From: an uncultured virus (IMG/VR IMGVR_UViG_3300012950_000001)
Taxonomy: Duplodnaviria > Heunggongvirae > Uroviricota > Caudoviricetes
Virus record (IMG/VR): IMGVR_UViG_3300012950_000001
Length of the DNA stretch: 64,000 nucleotides
Direction: 5' to 3' (one strand)
This document shows, piece by piece, positions 1 to 12,200 of the stretch (position 1 is the stretch's first letter; every line of letters starts with the position of its first letter). The translations under genes and the position numbers were made by a program. A model generated the notes under the pieces. It was not told the origin of the DNA and did not search any database. It saw only the letters and a program-made list of their open reading frames with translations.

Positions 1-3000
1 CGTACTACAGACCCAATATATGGATTGACAAACGTTGCAATTGGAGCAACAACAGTAGATACATTGACCGTCAATGTCGGTGTTAGTACAAATGTACCTA
101 CTAACATATCCACTGCTACTTACATTCCTTCTACGGGTGTTTTAACTATTACTGTTCCAACTGGTCATGGATTAGTCACCAATGATACAATTGGAATTGC
201 AACTGGTGGAATAACAATGACTTGTGCAAGAGACAGTCATTCTTCTAACCATGCATACCCACGTACAACAGATCCATATCATAAGAAAGAGATTGCAATA
301 ACAGGAACTACAGCAACAACACTTTCTATGAATGTTGGTGTATCTACACTACAATATGCTGGTGTTACCACCGCAGTTTATGATGCTTCGACTGGTATAA
401 TGACCATGACTGTTGATCCTGCAACTGTAACTCTTGCAGTTGATAGTCAACTTAAGGTTGGAATCGTTACAAGTGGTATAACATTCAAGTGTGGTAGGGA
501 TAATTATGCAAGTGATCATGCATATCCTCGTGCAACTGATCCTTATAATGCAAAGATAATTTCTATTGCATCTACAACTGCAAGTAGTATTACTGTTAAT
601 GTTGGTGCTGCTGGATCTTCATTAGATGTCTCTGCTGCATCTTATACAGGAATAACTGGAATATTAACTTTAACTTCTGCTAATCATGCACTTGTAGTTG
701 GAGATAATATTGGAATTGCTACTAATTCCTTGATATTCACTTGTGCTAAGGATAGACATGCTAGTAACCATTCATATCCTAGAACAACAGATCCCATACA
801 CAACAAGAATGTTGCAATTGGAGCAACAACTCAGAATACTGTAACATTAAATGTTGGTAAGGCAATCAATACTGGAGATCCTATCGATAATCAAGAGATA
901 GGTATTAAGACACATAGTACAAACTCCATTACAGTTAATGTTGGTATAACCACAATAACTCCCGTAAATGTTACTAATGCTACTTACAATCCTTCTACAG
1001 GATGGGTTGAATTAACAACTGATAATGCACATGGAGTGGATTACAGTAGAAGTGTTGGAATTGTTACAGATTCTCTAACATATACTTGTGCGATGGATGA
1101 TAATTCCACCGAACATAACTATCCTCGATCTTCAGACCCAGCCCATAATTCTAAACTAACTGTTGATACATCTCTACCAAATACTTTAAGTGTAAATGTA
1201 GGTACAACAACTGCTGTTACTTACACCGCTTCGGCTGCAACTTATAATGAAGTTGTGGGTATTATGACAATGACAGTTGGTGCTGGTCATAGTTTCACTG
1301 CTGGAACTAACTTTAAGTATGAACAGGGTGCTTTAACATTCACTTGTACTAGAGATGGTAATGTTCAGGCACATGCATATCCTAAGAAAGGAGATCCTTG
1401 GTTTGATGGTACTAAGGTTACTAGAGTTATCAATAGTACTAAAGTAGAGATGAACGTTGGTTTATCTACTGTACCAACATTCTATAAGACTGGTGGAACA
1501 ATTCAAGGTGCTATTGTTGCTCCAAGACTTGTCAATAATTCAGTAAGTGGATCCGATTATGCTTCTGGTGGAACATTTGTAGATAAGATTATCTCTTCAA
1601 ATGAATATGTTGTTAATGTTGGTATATCTACTTGTGTTCATCACTACAATAGAGGTGGTTCGATGTTCCACGGTAAGAGAGTAACATCTTCTACTGGTGA
1701 TGGATATTCTGGAGTAGATGTTCTAGAAAGAATTGATGGTGGTAGTGTAAGAGTTAATCTCGGTTTAACTACCGAATATGCCAACTTCAAGAGAGGTGGT
1801 AGAATTGATAAACCAATAGATTTACAGATTGTTGAACCAGATCCATACTTTAACCTACCTTTAGATTATATTAGTGGTAGTAGTGGAATAGGAACAGATG
1901 GTGTAGTTGATTTACGTGTTAATGTTGATGGTAATATTGGTCAGTTCAATCTAACTGAAGAAGGAATTGGATATAAGATTACTGAGGCATTAACAGTTGC
2001 TGGACTATCAAGTGACCCTAGAGTTGGTGTTCTTACAGAGTTCCAGTTGAGTGTAACTGATCTAGAGAATGATGACTTCTCATCCTTCTATATGGGACAG
2101 TTTATACTATTTGATAGTATTTCTGCATACTTTAATGGAATACGTAAGAAATTTACTTTATCTGTGACTACTGGTGGAACTACTGAAATCCTAAGTCTTA
2201 AGACTTTGCCTGGTAGTGATATGGATGTTACTAACAATATCTTCATTTACATGAATGATATTTTACAAACTCCTCAATCTGCTTATATCTTTAAGGGTAG
2301 TAGAATCGTATTTACTGAACCACCAAAACCCAATTCCAAGTGTTCTATCTTCTACTTCAGAGGATCTAAGAGAGACGTTGAAACAGTGGAACCACCATTG
2401 ACTGTTAAGGCTGGTGATATTGTTCAGATTAAAGAAAATAAAAATAATATTTTTGATATCGATCAGTTCCCAAGAACAGGTAAGAGAATTGTTGCTTCTG
2501 ATGTTTTAGAAACTGCTGCATACGATAGTATCGGTATTGATACTAATCAAACTGCTGAGAGACCAATTACATGGGAAAAACAGAAGGTAGATAAGGTTGT
2601 TTCTGGTGTTCTAATTTCTAAGGCAAGACCAAGTTTAAAGGCTAGGGTTATTCCTACAACTAGAATTATTAGGAATGTGGGTAGTAGTGATAATATCATT
2701 TGGGTTAATAATGCATATCCAGTATTCTCTGATATTGACCTATTAACACAGGCTGAGAGAAATGCACAGATCTTTGAAGATTATGATATTGAATCGGGTA
2801 TTGTTACTTCTCTAGTTTCTACTTCTTCTAGTATATCTTCTTTGACTATTACAAGTGGCGGATCTGGATATAGTTATCTTACCGATCCAATAATTTCAAT
2901 ATCTAATTCTGCAATTAAGAAGAAGGATATTATTAAGAATTGGAAGTTTGATGGAATAACTGGTGTAACTGATGATGTCCAGTGGAACGCATTTACTACA

Positions 3001-4653
3001 GAAGAACCTTTCCTTGCTGTTGGAAGTAGTAGTAGATACATTAATACTAAGAGTGGCGAGTTCTGGGAAAGGGGAAGTATTGGATTTGGTGGAACAGTTT
3101 CCTTCAATGCCGTTGGCGTTGGTTGGACATATTCTGCTCCTACTGATCTTCATGTTGTTGCTGCAGGAGAATTTGGAAGTCTTGCAAGAGCAATGGGTGT
3201 TGGTAATAGTATTACCACTTGGAAGGAACTGGATCTTAAGGAAGAGAGACAAGTTCCTGCTTTGAATTTGACAGTAACTTATGTAAGTGAATATGCTGGT
3301 AGTTTCAATGATGTACTCTGGGAAGGATCGAAAGATACTTGGGTTGCAGTTGGTGCTGCTGGATCTATCTTTACTGCTACTGGTGTTACTAGTGATTCAT
3401 ACTATAGTAGATTCTCTAATACATTACAGGATCTAAATTCACTGGTTTATGCTCAACAAGAGTTTATTGCAGTTGGAAATGGTGGTGCTGTAATTGCATC
3501 TAATGATGGAACTATATGGTCTCCAAAACAAAGTAATACAAATTATAATTTGAACGATATTATCTACGATGGAAATAGATTCATCACAGTTGGAGATAAT
3601 GGAACTATTGGAGTTTCTTCCGATAAGAACTACTGGGAACCTTGGAGTCAACAACAATATAACAATGCAGTTCATCCTGCTACATTTGACTTTAGAACTC
3701 TTAAGTATATCGATGGCATCTACATTGGAATAAGTACTAGTGGTAGTCTTTATTATTCATTCGATCTAATCAATTGGAATGGTCGTGTAGTAAATCATCC
3801 TAATAACATCAAGGATCTTGTATCGACTAATTATGGTCCAAGTCAGGGTAGAAGAGTTCTTGCTGTAGGATCTGGAACAACTGCTTTCTATGCAGATCCT
3901 ATAGTCAATAGAGCAACTGCAACTGCTTCTGTTACATCAGGTGTAATTACAAGTGTAAATATCATTGATGGTGGATTTGGATATGATGTTGGAAGTTCCC
4001 CTCCAGCTTTAGTTCAATCCGATGTTACTAAGAAGGAAGATATTCTTTCACTTAGAACTAGAGGTGATTTTGGTACTATTGTTGGTATCAATACTTGGAT
4101 GCCTGGTATAGGTGTTACTATTCCACCTAGGTTACAATTCACATTGAAGTCTGATTTCAATGATAATACTAACCTTGGATATGGATATTCTTCACTTAAT
4201 GCCTTGGGAGTTAATTATAGTCAATTGCAGAAAGATGATTACTTTATAGTTTATGATAGTCCTTGTGTTGTTGGTCATGCATTGACTGGAATCACAACTG
4301 CCATTGGTGGACTTAATAATTATCCTTTGAATAAAGTTGGAATAATCACAGCTGGAGATAATCTTGGTGGTATATTCCGAGTTGAATATGCTACAGTAGG
4401 TGATTCTGTTTCTGGTTTAGTGACAGTTACATGTGCCTTCCAGCCTGGTCCAAATAATAACAGTGATATTCAAGTGGGATTTGTCACTTCAACTCTTATT
4501 GATACCTTCTACGGTAAATATACATGGGGTCAAATCTACGGATATCAGAATAGAGGAGCTGGTGCTCCACAAGAATTCTTGGTAAATCCAGACAACGGAT
4601 TAACAGGATTATCCACTGCTGCGGTGGTTTCCAGAATAAAACCTCTAACTTAA
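1..4653 (+). CDS. gp7: Baseplate wedge initiator gp7-like giant structural protein (5'-truncated by window edge)
   Basis: Frame is open from position 1 (RTTDPIYGL...), so the TTG at 25 is not the start. Lies directly upstream of gp8. Tandem ~85-aa HGL...FTC..D...H.YPR..DP...VNVG repeats, a BNR-like propeller (AVG..G...S.DG..W) and GGSGY/GGFGY repeats typical of cyanophage gp7. Confidence 0.75.
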   Translation, partial: RTTDPIYGLTNVAIGATTVDTLTVNVGVSTNVPTNISTATYIPSTGVLTITVPTGHGLVTNDTIGIATGGITMTCARDSHSSNHAYPRTTDPYHKKEIAITGTTATTLSMNVGVSTLQYAGVTTAVYDASTGIMTMTVDPATVTLAVDSQLKVGIVTSGITFKCGRDNYASDHAYPRATDPYNAKIISIASTTASSITVNVGAAGSSLDVSAASYTGITGILTLTSANHALVVGDNIGIATNSLIFTCAKDRHASNHSYPRTTDPIHNKNVAIGATTQNTVTLNVGKAINTGDPIDNQEIGIKTHSTNSITVNVGITTITPVNVTNATYNPSTGWVELTTDNAHGVDYSRSVGIVTDSLTYTCAMDDNSTEHNYPRSSDPAHNSKLTVDTSLPNTLSVNVGTTTAVTYTASAATYNEVVGIMTMTVGAGHSFTAGTNFKYEQGALTFTCTRDGNVQAHAYPKKGDPWFDGTKVTRVINSTKVEMNVGLSTVPTFYKTGGTIQGAIVAPRLVNNSVSGSDYASGGTFVDKIISSNEYVVNVGISTCVHHYNRGGSMFHGKRVTSSTGDGYSGVDVLERIDGGSVRVNLGLTTEYANFKRGGRIDKPIDLQIVEPDPYFNLPLDYISGSSGIGTDGVVDLRVNVDGNIGQFNLTEEGIGYKITEALTVAGLSSDPRVGVLTEFQLSVTDLENDDFSSFYMGQFILFDSISAYFNGIRKKFTLSVTTGGTTEILSLKTLPGSDMDVTNNIFIYMNDILQTPQSAYIFKGSRIVFTEPPKPNSKCSIFYFRGSKRDVETVEPPLTVKAGDIVQIKENKNNIFDIDQFPRTGKRIVASDVLETAAYDSIGIDTNQTAERPITWEKQKVDKVVSGVLISKARPSLKARVIPTTRIIRNVGSSDNIIWVNNAYPVFSDIDLLTQAERNAQIFEDYDIESGIVTSLVSTSSSISSLTITSGGSGYSYLTDPIISISNSAIKKKDIIKNWKFDGITGVTDDVQWNAFTTEEPFLAVGSSSRYINTKSGEFWERGSIGFGGTVSFNAVGVGWTYSAPTDLHVVAAGEFGSLARAMGVGNSITTWKELDLKEERQVPALNLTVTYVSEYAGSFNDVLWEGSKDTWVAVGAAGSIFTATGVTSDSYYSRFSNTLQDLNSLVYAQQEFIAVGNGGAVIASNDGTIWSPKQSNTNYNLNDIIYDGNRFITVGDNGTIGVSSDKNYWEPWSQQQYNNAVHPATFDFRTLKYIDGIYIGISTSGSLYYSFDLINWNGRVVNHPNNIKDLVSTNYGPSQGRRVLAVGSGTTAFYADPIVNRATATASVTSGVITSVNIIDGGFGYDVGSSPPALVQSDVTKKEDILSLRTRGDFGTIVGINTWMPGIGVTIPPRLQFTLKSDFNDNTNLGYGYSSLNALGVNYSQLQKDDYFIVYDSPCVVGHALTGITTAIGGLNNYPLNKVGIITAGDNLGGIFRVEYATVGDSVSGLVTVTCAFQPGPNNNSDIQVGFVTSTLIDTFYGKYTWGQIYGYQNRGAGAPQEFLVNPDNGLTGLSTAAVVSRIKPLT

Positions 4654-4655
4654 CC

Positions 4656-4663
4656 ACTAAATA
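4656..4663 (+). promoter_or_regulatory. T4-type late promoter variant (ACTAAATA)
   Basis: TAAATA core of the gp55 consensus TATAAATA, 25 nt upstream of gp8. Confidence 0.55.
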
Positions 4664-4688
4664 AAGAAAAAAACACCACTAGCTTAAA

Positions 4689-6284
4689 ATGCCTGCCATT
4701 ATTTCTGAACAATTCAGGATTCTGAACGCCGAGACTTTTGTTAAAAGTTTTGTTGGTGTGGGATCGACTGTAAATAAGTATTATGCGTTTCTTGGGTTAC
4801 CCAATTCAATTGAACCCAAAGCTGGTGGTACAAGTACTTGGGCTACTAACACTCCATCTCCTCTAGATGGATTCCAAGAAGAGTATTCCATTAAGGAATC
4901 AACTATTGCAATGAAAAAAATCACGGACAAAGATGTTCGTAGATTGGTGAGAAAGGTTAAGTGGGTTGCAGGTACTACATATGAAATGTATCGACATGAT
5001 TATAACATATACAACTTGACTCCAATTACAAGTCAGGGTAGTCTCTATGAGGCAAATTATTATGTCGTTAATGAAGACTTGAAAGTGTATGTGTGCTTAC
5101 AAAATGGATCAGATCCAGAGAACCCAAAGGGTAGGCCTTCGTATGACCAACCCACATTTATTGACCTTGAACCTAGGGCAGCTGGTACTAGTGGCGACGG
5201 TTATGTTTGGAAATACCTTTACACGATTAAACCTTCGGAAATCGTAAAATTTGATTCCATCGAATATATCCCCGTTCCAGAACAATGGGGTGAGACTGGA
5301 GAAACAATTGCTACTAAAAATAATGCAATTGATGGTAAAATCGAAGTTGTTGTAGTTAATGATAGGGGTGCAAGTTATCAGCCCATCTCTACATCCTTTG
5401 CAAATGTTCCTATTCTGGGAGATGGTGTTGATGGTAAAGCAACCATTACTGTAGATTCTTTCGGAAAAGTATCTGAGGTATTTGTTACCGATGGTGGTAC
5501 AGGATATACTCATGGATCTCTTCAGTTCTTCCCAGGCGCTCCTGGCAGTGAAAGTGGTGGTCCTCTTGCTAACTTAACTAATACTGGTATAGGTACAACA
5601 TCCGTAGCACAATTCAATGTTGTTGTTCCACCAAAAGGTGGTCATGGATATGACATTTATAGAGAGTTGGGTGCTTATAGAGCTCTTCTTTACGCAAGAT
5701 TTGAAACATTAGAAACTAACCCAGATATCATTGAAGGTAATGACTTTGCTAGGGTTGGTATTCTTAAGAATCCTACTGTTTTTGGTAGTGATACTGAACT
5801 ACTTGATACATCCATTGTTAGTGGATTAAAAGCTTTGAAATTAGGAGGACTTACAACTGCAACAACATATGCAGTTGACTCCGAAATAACACAGACAGTT
5901 GGTGTTGGATCAACTGCTGTTGGTTACGTGGCATCATGGGATAAAGTAACTGGAGTGTTGAAATACTATCAACCAATGGGTCTTGCTTCTAGTGCAACTG
6001 GATATAAGATTATTCCATTTACTACTAATCCAGATGCTGGATATGGAGTTACTGTTAATGGTTCTTCTGTGGTTGGATCACTATTATCCATTAATACCGA
6101 TTATAACGGTGTTAGTACGTCAATAAATAATAAGACGTACCAACTTGGAATGAATTTCAGTGCTGGTATATCTTCTGCCGAATTTAATACTAAGTCGGGT
6201 GAAGTCATTTACATTGATAACAGGACCGCTATTCCTCGTTCCGCAAGTCAAAAGGAAGACATCAAGATAGTACTGGAGTTCTAA
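4689..6284 (+). CDS. gp8: Baseplate wedge subunit gp8
   Basis: MPAIIS.QFRILNA start, VYVCL.N, DGYVWKYLYTI, and C-terminal GEVIYIDNR..I.R...QKEDIKIVLEF characteristic of T4-like gp8. Confidence 0.92.
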   Translation: MPAIISEQFRILNAETFVKSFVGVGSTVNKYYAFLGLPNSIEPKAGGTSTWATNTPSPLDGFQEEYSIKESTIAMKKITDKDVRRLVRKVKWVAGTTYEMYRHDYNIYNLTPITSQGSLYEANYYVVNEDLKVYVCLQNGSDPENPKGRPSYDQPTFIDLEPRAAGTSGDGYVWKYLYTIKPSEIVKFDSIEYIPVPEQWGETGETIATKNNAIDGKIEVVVVNDRGASYQPISTSFANVPILGDGVDGKATITVDSFGKVSEVFVTDGGTGYTHGSLQFFPGAPGSESGGPLANLTNTGIGTTSVAQFNVVVPPKGGHGYDIYRELGAYRALLYARFETLETNPDIIEGNDFARVGILKNPTVFGSDTELLDTSIVSGLKALKLGGLTTATTYAVDSEITQTVGVGSTAVGYVASWDKVTGVLKYYQPMGLASSATGYKIIPFTTNPDAGYGVTVNGSSVVGSLLSINTDYNGVSTSINNKTYQLGMNFSAGISSAEFNTKSGEVIYIDNRTAIPRSASQKEDIKIVLEF

Positions 6285-6290
6285 AAGAAA

Positions 6291-9200
6291 ATGCCACAAA
6301 ATACTAATCTCAATTCATCTCCATACTTTGATGATTTCAATGAGAGTAAGAATTATCAGAAGGTGCTGTTTAAGCCTGGATTACCCATCCAGTCTAGAGA
6401 ATTAACCACTTTACAATCTATTCTTCAGAATCAGGTTGAAAAGTTTGGTAAGCATTTCTTTAAAGAAGGTGCTGTAGTAGTTCCTGGCCAATTAGCATAT
6501 GAATCAGATTACACTTGTGTGCAGATTGATGATACACACTTGGGTATTCCTGTTTCACTATATGTTGAGAATTTAATCGGTAAAAAGGTTAAAGGAGAAA
6601 CAAGTGGTGTATCTGCAAAGGTAGAAGGTTATATTGATAATAGAACATCAACTAAAGGGAATTATACTCTTTACATTAAGTATCAAAGTTCTAGTGACAC
6701 TGATTTCTCTAGAAACAGGTTCTCCGATGGTGAGAATTTAATAGTACAGGAAGACGTTACTTATTCTCTTGCTAGTATTAGATCTGGTTCTAGTTTTGCT
6801 ACAACTTTAATATCTAATGCAACATCAGTCGGATCTGCTGCTAAGATTGCAGAAGGTGTATATTTCATCAGAGGATTCTTTGTAACTGTTGGTTCTGCAA
6901 CAGTTATTCTTGATCAATATACAAATACTCCTTCTTATAGGATTGGACTATTAATCAAAGAGGAACTTGTAACTGCATCAAATACAGACAACGATCTGTA
7001 TGATAATGCAAGAGGATTCTCTAACTATGCTGCACCTGGCGCAGATAGATTCAAGATTTCAACTACATTAGTTAAGAAACCTCTTACTGACTTCAATGAT
7101 GAGAACTTCATTGAGTTGATGAGGATTGAAGATGGTAAGATATCCAAGTTTGTTAAAGAGTCAAGTTATAATTTAATTCGTGATGAATTAGCTAGAAGGA
7201 CTTATGATGAGTCTGGTAACTATTACATCAAACCATTCCCTGTTGTTGCTAAGGAATGTTTAAATGATAGGATTGGTAATAATGGTTCTTATTATGAATC
7301 ACAACTAACACAACAAGGTAACAAACCAAAAGAAAACTTGATGTGTCTTTCTATTGGACCAGGCAAGGCATATGTTCGTGGTTATGAAGTAGAAACTTTA
7401 AATACAACAACTGTTGATGTACCTAAACCAAGGGTTACTGAGACAATTGAGAATGAATCTATTCCTTTTAGTGTAGGTAGACAGGTAGAACTTAATAACG
7501 TTTATGGAGCTCCAGACGTTGGTATTTCTACTACTTCATATATTCACCTATACAACAAGAGAACTGCTACTCCAGGCACCGCAAGTGGATTGCATGTTGG
7601 AGTTGCTAGACTATATGACATGAAGTTGAAGAATGTTGCATATTCTGGTGCAGACTCAACATTTGAATCTTCACTTTATGATGTTCAAACATTTACATAT
7701 TTGAATCTTAATACAGCAGTTACTTCACTACAAGTTCCACAGTATATTGAGGGAAGAAGTAGTAATGCTGCTGGATATTTGTATGAATCAGTTAGTGGCA
7801 GAAATCAATTAGTTCTTTATCAAGTTGTTGGTGAATTCCAAGAAGGTGAAGAGATTTGGGCTAATGGTGAATCAATTTCTAGATCAATTACTAGAATCGA
7901 TGATTATGGTATGCAAGATGTATTCCAATTTGTTGGAACTGGATCTACATTCACGGCAGACCCACGATTAACACTTGGACACCTCATTGGACCAACGGCA
8001 ACCCAATTCACTGTTACAGCGGGTAGTGGAGGTGTCTCAACGGTGACTTCTCCTAATGCTAGTTTCCTTAATGTGGGAATTAAGACTGGAGACGTTTTAA
8101 GTTATAGTGTGCCTGGAAATACAACTCCTTCATATGGTGCTATTAATCAAATCACTAGTGGAGAGATTGTTATTGGTCAATTGACAACAGTTGCTGGAGT
8201 TTGTACAGGAACATTACCTTCTGCTACAGTTACTACAAGTGATTTGTATAGAACTACATTAGAAGTTCAGAATAACTCTAAAGCATATTTGTTTGCTGAA
8301 TTAACTAAACCAAACATTGCTTCTGTAGGACTTAATAATGCAAATGTGATCTTTAGAAAATCATATACAATTTCAATTTCAAATAATGCATATAGTGGAA
8401 CTTTGGAATCAGATTCTAATCTTTCTTTAGAACCATTTGATGAAGAAGATTACAACCTTGCTTTCCCTGGCAGTGGAGTTGTTGAAAGTCTTGACAATCA
8501 GAAACTCACTGTAAGTGGAAGAACGGCTACATTAAGTAATTTGAGTACTGCTTCTGGAACTGCTGTTCTGACAGTTACTTGGAAGAAAGTTAATGTAAAA
8601 CCAAAGAATAAGATATTTAAGAGAGCAACTCAGATTACAATTGATAAGTCCAAGTCTAGTATGGCTGGAATTGGTGCAACAACCAATAATAATGGACTTT
8701 CATTCTCTAGCATTTATGGCACAAGAGTAGAAGATAAGAGAATTTCTCTCACTGTACCAGATGTTGCATATGTTTCAGCTATTCTTGAGTCATCTTCAAC
8801 TGCTGAACCACAATTACCTGCTCTGACACTGACTAATTTGAATGCTAATATTCTTAATACAGTACAGGGTGAAACCATTATTGGTAAGCTTTCAGGAGCT
8901 TCAGCTATTTTAGTTGAAAATAATGGATCCAATGAAGTTAAATTTGTCCAACAGAACGAGAATTCATTCCAAGTTGGTGAAGAGATAACATTTGAAGAAT
9001 CAAATGTAGTTGCAGATATATTATCAGCTACTCCTGGCGATAGAGATATTAGAAATAACTTTGAGTTTGATCCAGGCCAAAGGATGGATTATGTTGATTT
9101 TTCTGCTATTGTAAGGAAGCCTGGATCAGAGGCTCCTACAAAGAAATTAAAGGTCATTTACAATAATTTTGTTATTGAGAACTCTGACCCTGGCGATTTT

Positions 9201-12200
9201 GTAACTGTTAATTCATATGATGATGAAATATATTCTTACGGAATACCATTTGTAGCAGGAAGACCAGGCGCTGATATTATTGACTTAAGACCAAGAGCAA
9301 CTTCTGCCGCTGCTGGTCGTTCTCCTTTTGAATTTAATGCAAGATTATTCGATCCATTTACTTCTTCATCAACTCATGTGGTTGCTAAAGATAAGTCAAT
9401 GAATGTAGCTTATGATTATTATCTTGGTAGGATTGATAAACTTTATTTGACTAAAGAAGGGATATTTACTCTTGCTACGGGTATTCCAGCTATTGAACCT
9501 AAGATACCTAATGCTATCGATAATGCATTAGAAGTTGCAACAATAACTTTACCACCATATCTTTACGATTCATCTCAAGCAAAATTGCGTCTTGCAAGAT
9601 ATAAGAGATATCGAATGAAGGATATCTCAGTTATTGAAGATAGACTTAAGAATATCGAATACTATACTGCATTATCACTTCTTGAAAGTGAAACTGCAAA
9701 CATGTCTTTACGTGATCCACAAACTAATCTTGATAGATTTAAGGCTGGATTCTTTGTTGATAACTTTAAATCAGCTGTTGCTGGTGATGTAACTAATACT
9801 CAGTATAAAGCAAGTATTGATGCGGTTTCTGGTAGATTAAGACCTCAACACTATACAACGTCTATTGACTTGTTATTGGGATCTGAGGCTATTGTTGGTG
9901 CTGCAACTTCCGCAAGTCCAGCTGCTGACTATAGATACGTAACGGATCTTGGAGATGCAAACGTCAAGAGAATTGGTGACGTTGTATGTCTAGACTACAG
10001 TGACAAGGTTTATCTTGAGAATAAGTTTGCAACAAGAATTGAGAATGTCAATCCATTTGCTGTTGTTAACTGGATTGGTCAGATTGAACTCAATCCATCC
10101 ACTGATACTTGGATTGAGACAAGAAGGAGTACTGCTACCTATGACATAGAAGGATCCTATAATGGATTCATGGGAATGACTGGTGCAGATAGTAATACTG
10201 GTCTATCTCCAATTGACTGGGGTTCATGGGAGACAACATGGACAGGATCTAGTTCATCTACTGGACCTTCTGTGTTTAGTGATACCAGAACGGCTATGAC
10301 TGGTACAACAGAGACCAGAGGTGAATATGGTCAAGGTGGCCGTCATGGTGTTCCAATTACCACTCATACTCACTTTACAGACACTACTCGGAATTTCAGA
10401 GAACAAACTACAACTACAACTACCAATCAAACTAGAGAAGGTATCCAGTTTAGGGTTGGTGAAAGATTTGATACAACAAGTCTTGGAGATAAGGTAGTTT
10501 CAACTGAAGTTGTTGCTACAATGAGAGCAAGAAATATTGAGTTCGTTTGTAGGAGACTTAAGCCTAATACAAGACTCTATCCATTCTTTGATAACATCGA
10601 CATGCAAAAGTATGTCGTACCAAAACTCATTGAAATTGAGATGGTTAGTGGTACATTTGGACCTGGCGAAGTTGTTGAAGGAAGTCGTCCAAATACCAAT
10701 AATGATGCAATTAGATTCAGATTGGCTAATCAGAATCATAAGTATGGACCATACAATTCTCCTACACAGACATTTAAGGAAAATCCATACAGTCCATCAT
10801 CTTCAATATCTTCCGCTTATTCATCTACAGCTACATTACTTAATGTAGATACTGCTGCATTAGAATTGCAAGCTGCATCTGGTTTCTATGGTTACATTAC
10901 CACTGGTATGAAACTAATAGGACAATCTAGTGGTGCTATTGCAAATGTTAAAGATATTAGATTGGTTACTGATAAAGCAGGAGTCTTGATTGGATCACTA
11001 TACTTACCTGATCCTACTGTTCCTTCTGCACCAACATTTAACACTGGTACTAAGACATTTACATTAACTAGTAGTTCTGCAAACTCCACAATTTCTGGAT
11101 TTACAGATAGTTCTGCTGAGACTAACTTTACTTCTTCTGGAACACTTCAGAATGTAGAGGCTTCTACTTTGAGAATGAGAAATGCTGATGTTCAACGCAT
11201 ACCTCAGTCATCTGACAGAACACTCTCTGATACTGACAGCAGACTTGTCGTTGATACGAGTTTCAATAACAGGTCAACAAGTCAAACAAGATGGGTCGAC
11301 CCTCTTGCACAATCATTTGAAGTACCAGATATTAACGGTGTTTATCTAACTAAGTGTGATGTCTTCTTTAGGGCAAAGGATACAAACCAATTACCTGTTA
11401 CTCTTCAAGTAAGAACACTACAAACTGGTTTGCCTACTCAAGACATTTTACCATTTGGTGAAGTAGTTCTTGATCCATCTGAGGTTGTATTATCTGAGGA
11501 TGGTTCTAAGGCAACAACATTTACATTCCCTTCTCCTGTTTATCTTGAAGGTGGTGGTGAATATTGTCTAGTTCTACTATCTGCATCTAACGAATATTAT
11601 GTCTTTATCTCCAGAATGGGTGAAGAAGATATTACTACAGTTAATGCTGCAGATTCCGAGAAGATTATTGTTTCTTCTCAACCATTACTTGGTTCGTTGT
11701 TCAAGTCACAGAACGGTGCAACATGGGATCCAAGTCAGTTGGAAGACCTTAAGTTTAATCTTTATAGGGCAGACTTCACAACTGAAACTGGTAGAGTTAA
11801 TTTCTATAACCCAGATTTAGAGATTGGAAACAGACAAATTGTTTCACTTGCTCTTAATCCAATTGATATGCTTGAGCATAACAAAGTTGTTGGATTGGCT
11901 AATAGTTTAACTTCCGCACAGATTACAGGACTTACTGAAGGTACAACAATTTACCAACAGAATAATCCAAACTTTAGTGCAAACTTAAGTAAAGTTCTTG
12001 GTGCAATTGGAATTGGAAGTGCTTTGGTTCTAACTAATGTTGGATCTGGATTTACTAATTCTTCTATTGTTTATAATAATGTTCCACTAATTGCACAAAC
12101 TGGTAGTGGTTCTGGTGCTGAGATTAAACTTCACGTTAATAACAGAGTTGGTGTTGCTGCAACTGTATCGATAGGTGGTACAGGATACTCTGCTGGTGAT

